A stretch of DNA of 64,000 bases from Azolla caroliniana. Lineage: Eukaryota; Plantae; Polypodiophyta. The DNA is taken from assembly GCA_043228905.1 (NCBI GenBank), contig JBHGNT010000015.1:7130001-7194000 (forward strand), written 5' to 3'. Below are positions 62,645 through 64,000 of the stretch, one piece after another. Within the stretch, counting starts at the first letter, position 1. Each line of letters begins with the position of its first letter. The translations under genes and the position numbers were made by a program. Below the pieces are notes generated by a model, which saw nothing but the letters and a program-made list of their open reading frames with translations, ran no database searches and had not been told where the DNA came from.

Positions 62645-64000
62645 TGTTAGGTATTAGTACCAATACAGACAGGAAATTATTACTAGAGATGAGGATTAGT
62701 ACTAAGACGGAAAAATGTGTAGAAATCTCAGGAGAAGGAGAGAGATGGAGAGAGAGAGAGAGAGAGTGAGAATGATGGTAACAAATAATATGTTACATAC
62801 AAGAATAGCTAGGAGGCTTAAGATTGGCGTTGAACCGAATTGGTTCGAAATAATGCCTTGTGCCTCTTTTTATAGTGTTGTCAGGAGTACTCCTGAAGTT
62901 TGTAGAATGTTCCAGAGAAATTTGGAATATACATCAATTTTCTATAGTGAAATAATAAATGAAAACAACTTTTTGTATTACAATGTATAGCTTAATGGTA
63001 GGGTTACAACCCATGTGACACAAGGTTGTGGGTTCAAATCTTTTTAAAGCCATACTATGCTATATCATGATACTAGCCCCCCTTAAGACGATGAGTAATA
63101 CGAGTCGTCTTAGACTGAGGACTTGGTTTGTCGGGTATTCTCGATGGAAGTCCTCAATAAGAGCTCGAGCGTTTGTAGCAACTTCGTACTCCGGTCCTAC
63201 TTCAAGCTTGATCGGGGGTGGAGGTGGTGTAATACAATTCGGAAAAGTGTTGTCTTGATAAGGTTCGAGAATAGAACTATGAAAACACGGATATATCCGT
63301 AGTTGTGGAGGTAGCTCGAGACGGAAAGTGACATCATTAATTTTTCCAATAATACGGAAAGGACCTAATCGTTGATAATCCAATTTATCGCATGGTCGAG
63401 TAGTCTTGATGTGTCATTGTAATAGTCATACCTGATTTCCAATGTCAAAACAAGATGGAAGCCGATGACGATCCGCATAAGCCTTCTATCTTTGTTGAGC
63501 TTGATGTAAATGGGTAGATAGGTCAGCTTGTATATTGCGTAACCACTCCAAATGATCTTCTCCATGAGAATTTGTGGGTAACTTTGTAGTTTCTAACACA
63601 CACCATCGACGATGATAGCCTGTATAAGCATAAAATGGTGTAACCCTAGTCGATGAGTGGATAGAGTTATTATAAGCAAATTTGGCAAAGTGGAGAATAT
63701 CCGCCCAATCATCTTGTTGATAGCTTAGAAAACACCGAAGATACTGTTTCGGCGTTTGATTTGTTCGTTCTGCTTGTCCGTTTGTTTGAGGATGATAGTC
63801 GGAGGAGAGGTTATAAGTGACCTTGAGCATTTTGAAGAGATGCTTCTAGAATTTCGAGACGAATCGAGGTCCACGATCGCTGATGATACTATCCGGGAGG
63901 CCATGATGCCGAAATACTTCACACATGACAATTTCAACGGTTTCTTCACTAGCGATTGCCTTAGTAAAAGGTAGGAAATGTGCCATCTTAGTATATCGAT
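62645..64000 (-). mobile_element. Tcn1-like chromovirus J, 3' part (3' LTR 62645-63072, degenerate integrase); runs off the window
   Basis: LTR and integrase similar to D and E; PPT at ~63073-63085; in-frame stops. Confidence 0.9.

Overview
Land-plant nuclear DNA, probably a non-seed plant (inferred from the Tcn1-like chromoviruses). The first ~8.6 kb holds two host genes on the minus strand: exon 1 of plastid dihydrolipoamide dehydrogenase and a complete 6-exon nCBP (class II eIF4E) gene. Almost all of 8.9-64 kb is one nested transposon pile that can be resolved by target-site duplications (TSDs). It contains two Ty1/copia elements, three Tcn1-like chromoviruses (one with apparently identical LTRs and an intact pol), two hAT transposons, a hAT MITE, four solo LTRs and a degenerate non-chromovirus Ty3/gypsy scaffold. 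It also holds three copies of a pol-less, single-ORF LTR element family. The main observations are: (1) this gag-only family is primed by tRNA-Trp, makes 4-bp TSDs and, at all four sites of its LTR-terminus type, sits on a CpG-centred target (NCGN); (2) at least three LTR families with no obvious similarity elsewhere carry an antisense tRNA-like Pol III A/B-box module in U3; (3) the chromoviruses show a -1 frameshift signal and a Tf1-like self-priming site; (4) one gag-only copy ends in an inverted LTR yet has a clean TSD. Element letters are my own labels. All coordinates and identities were read by eye.
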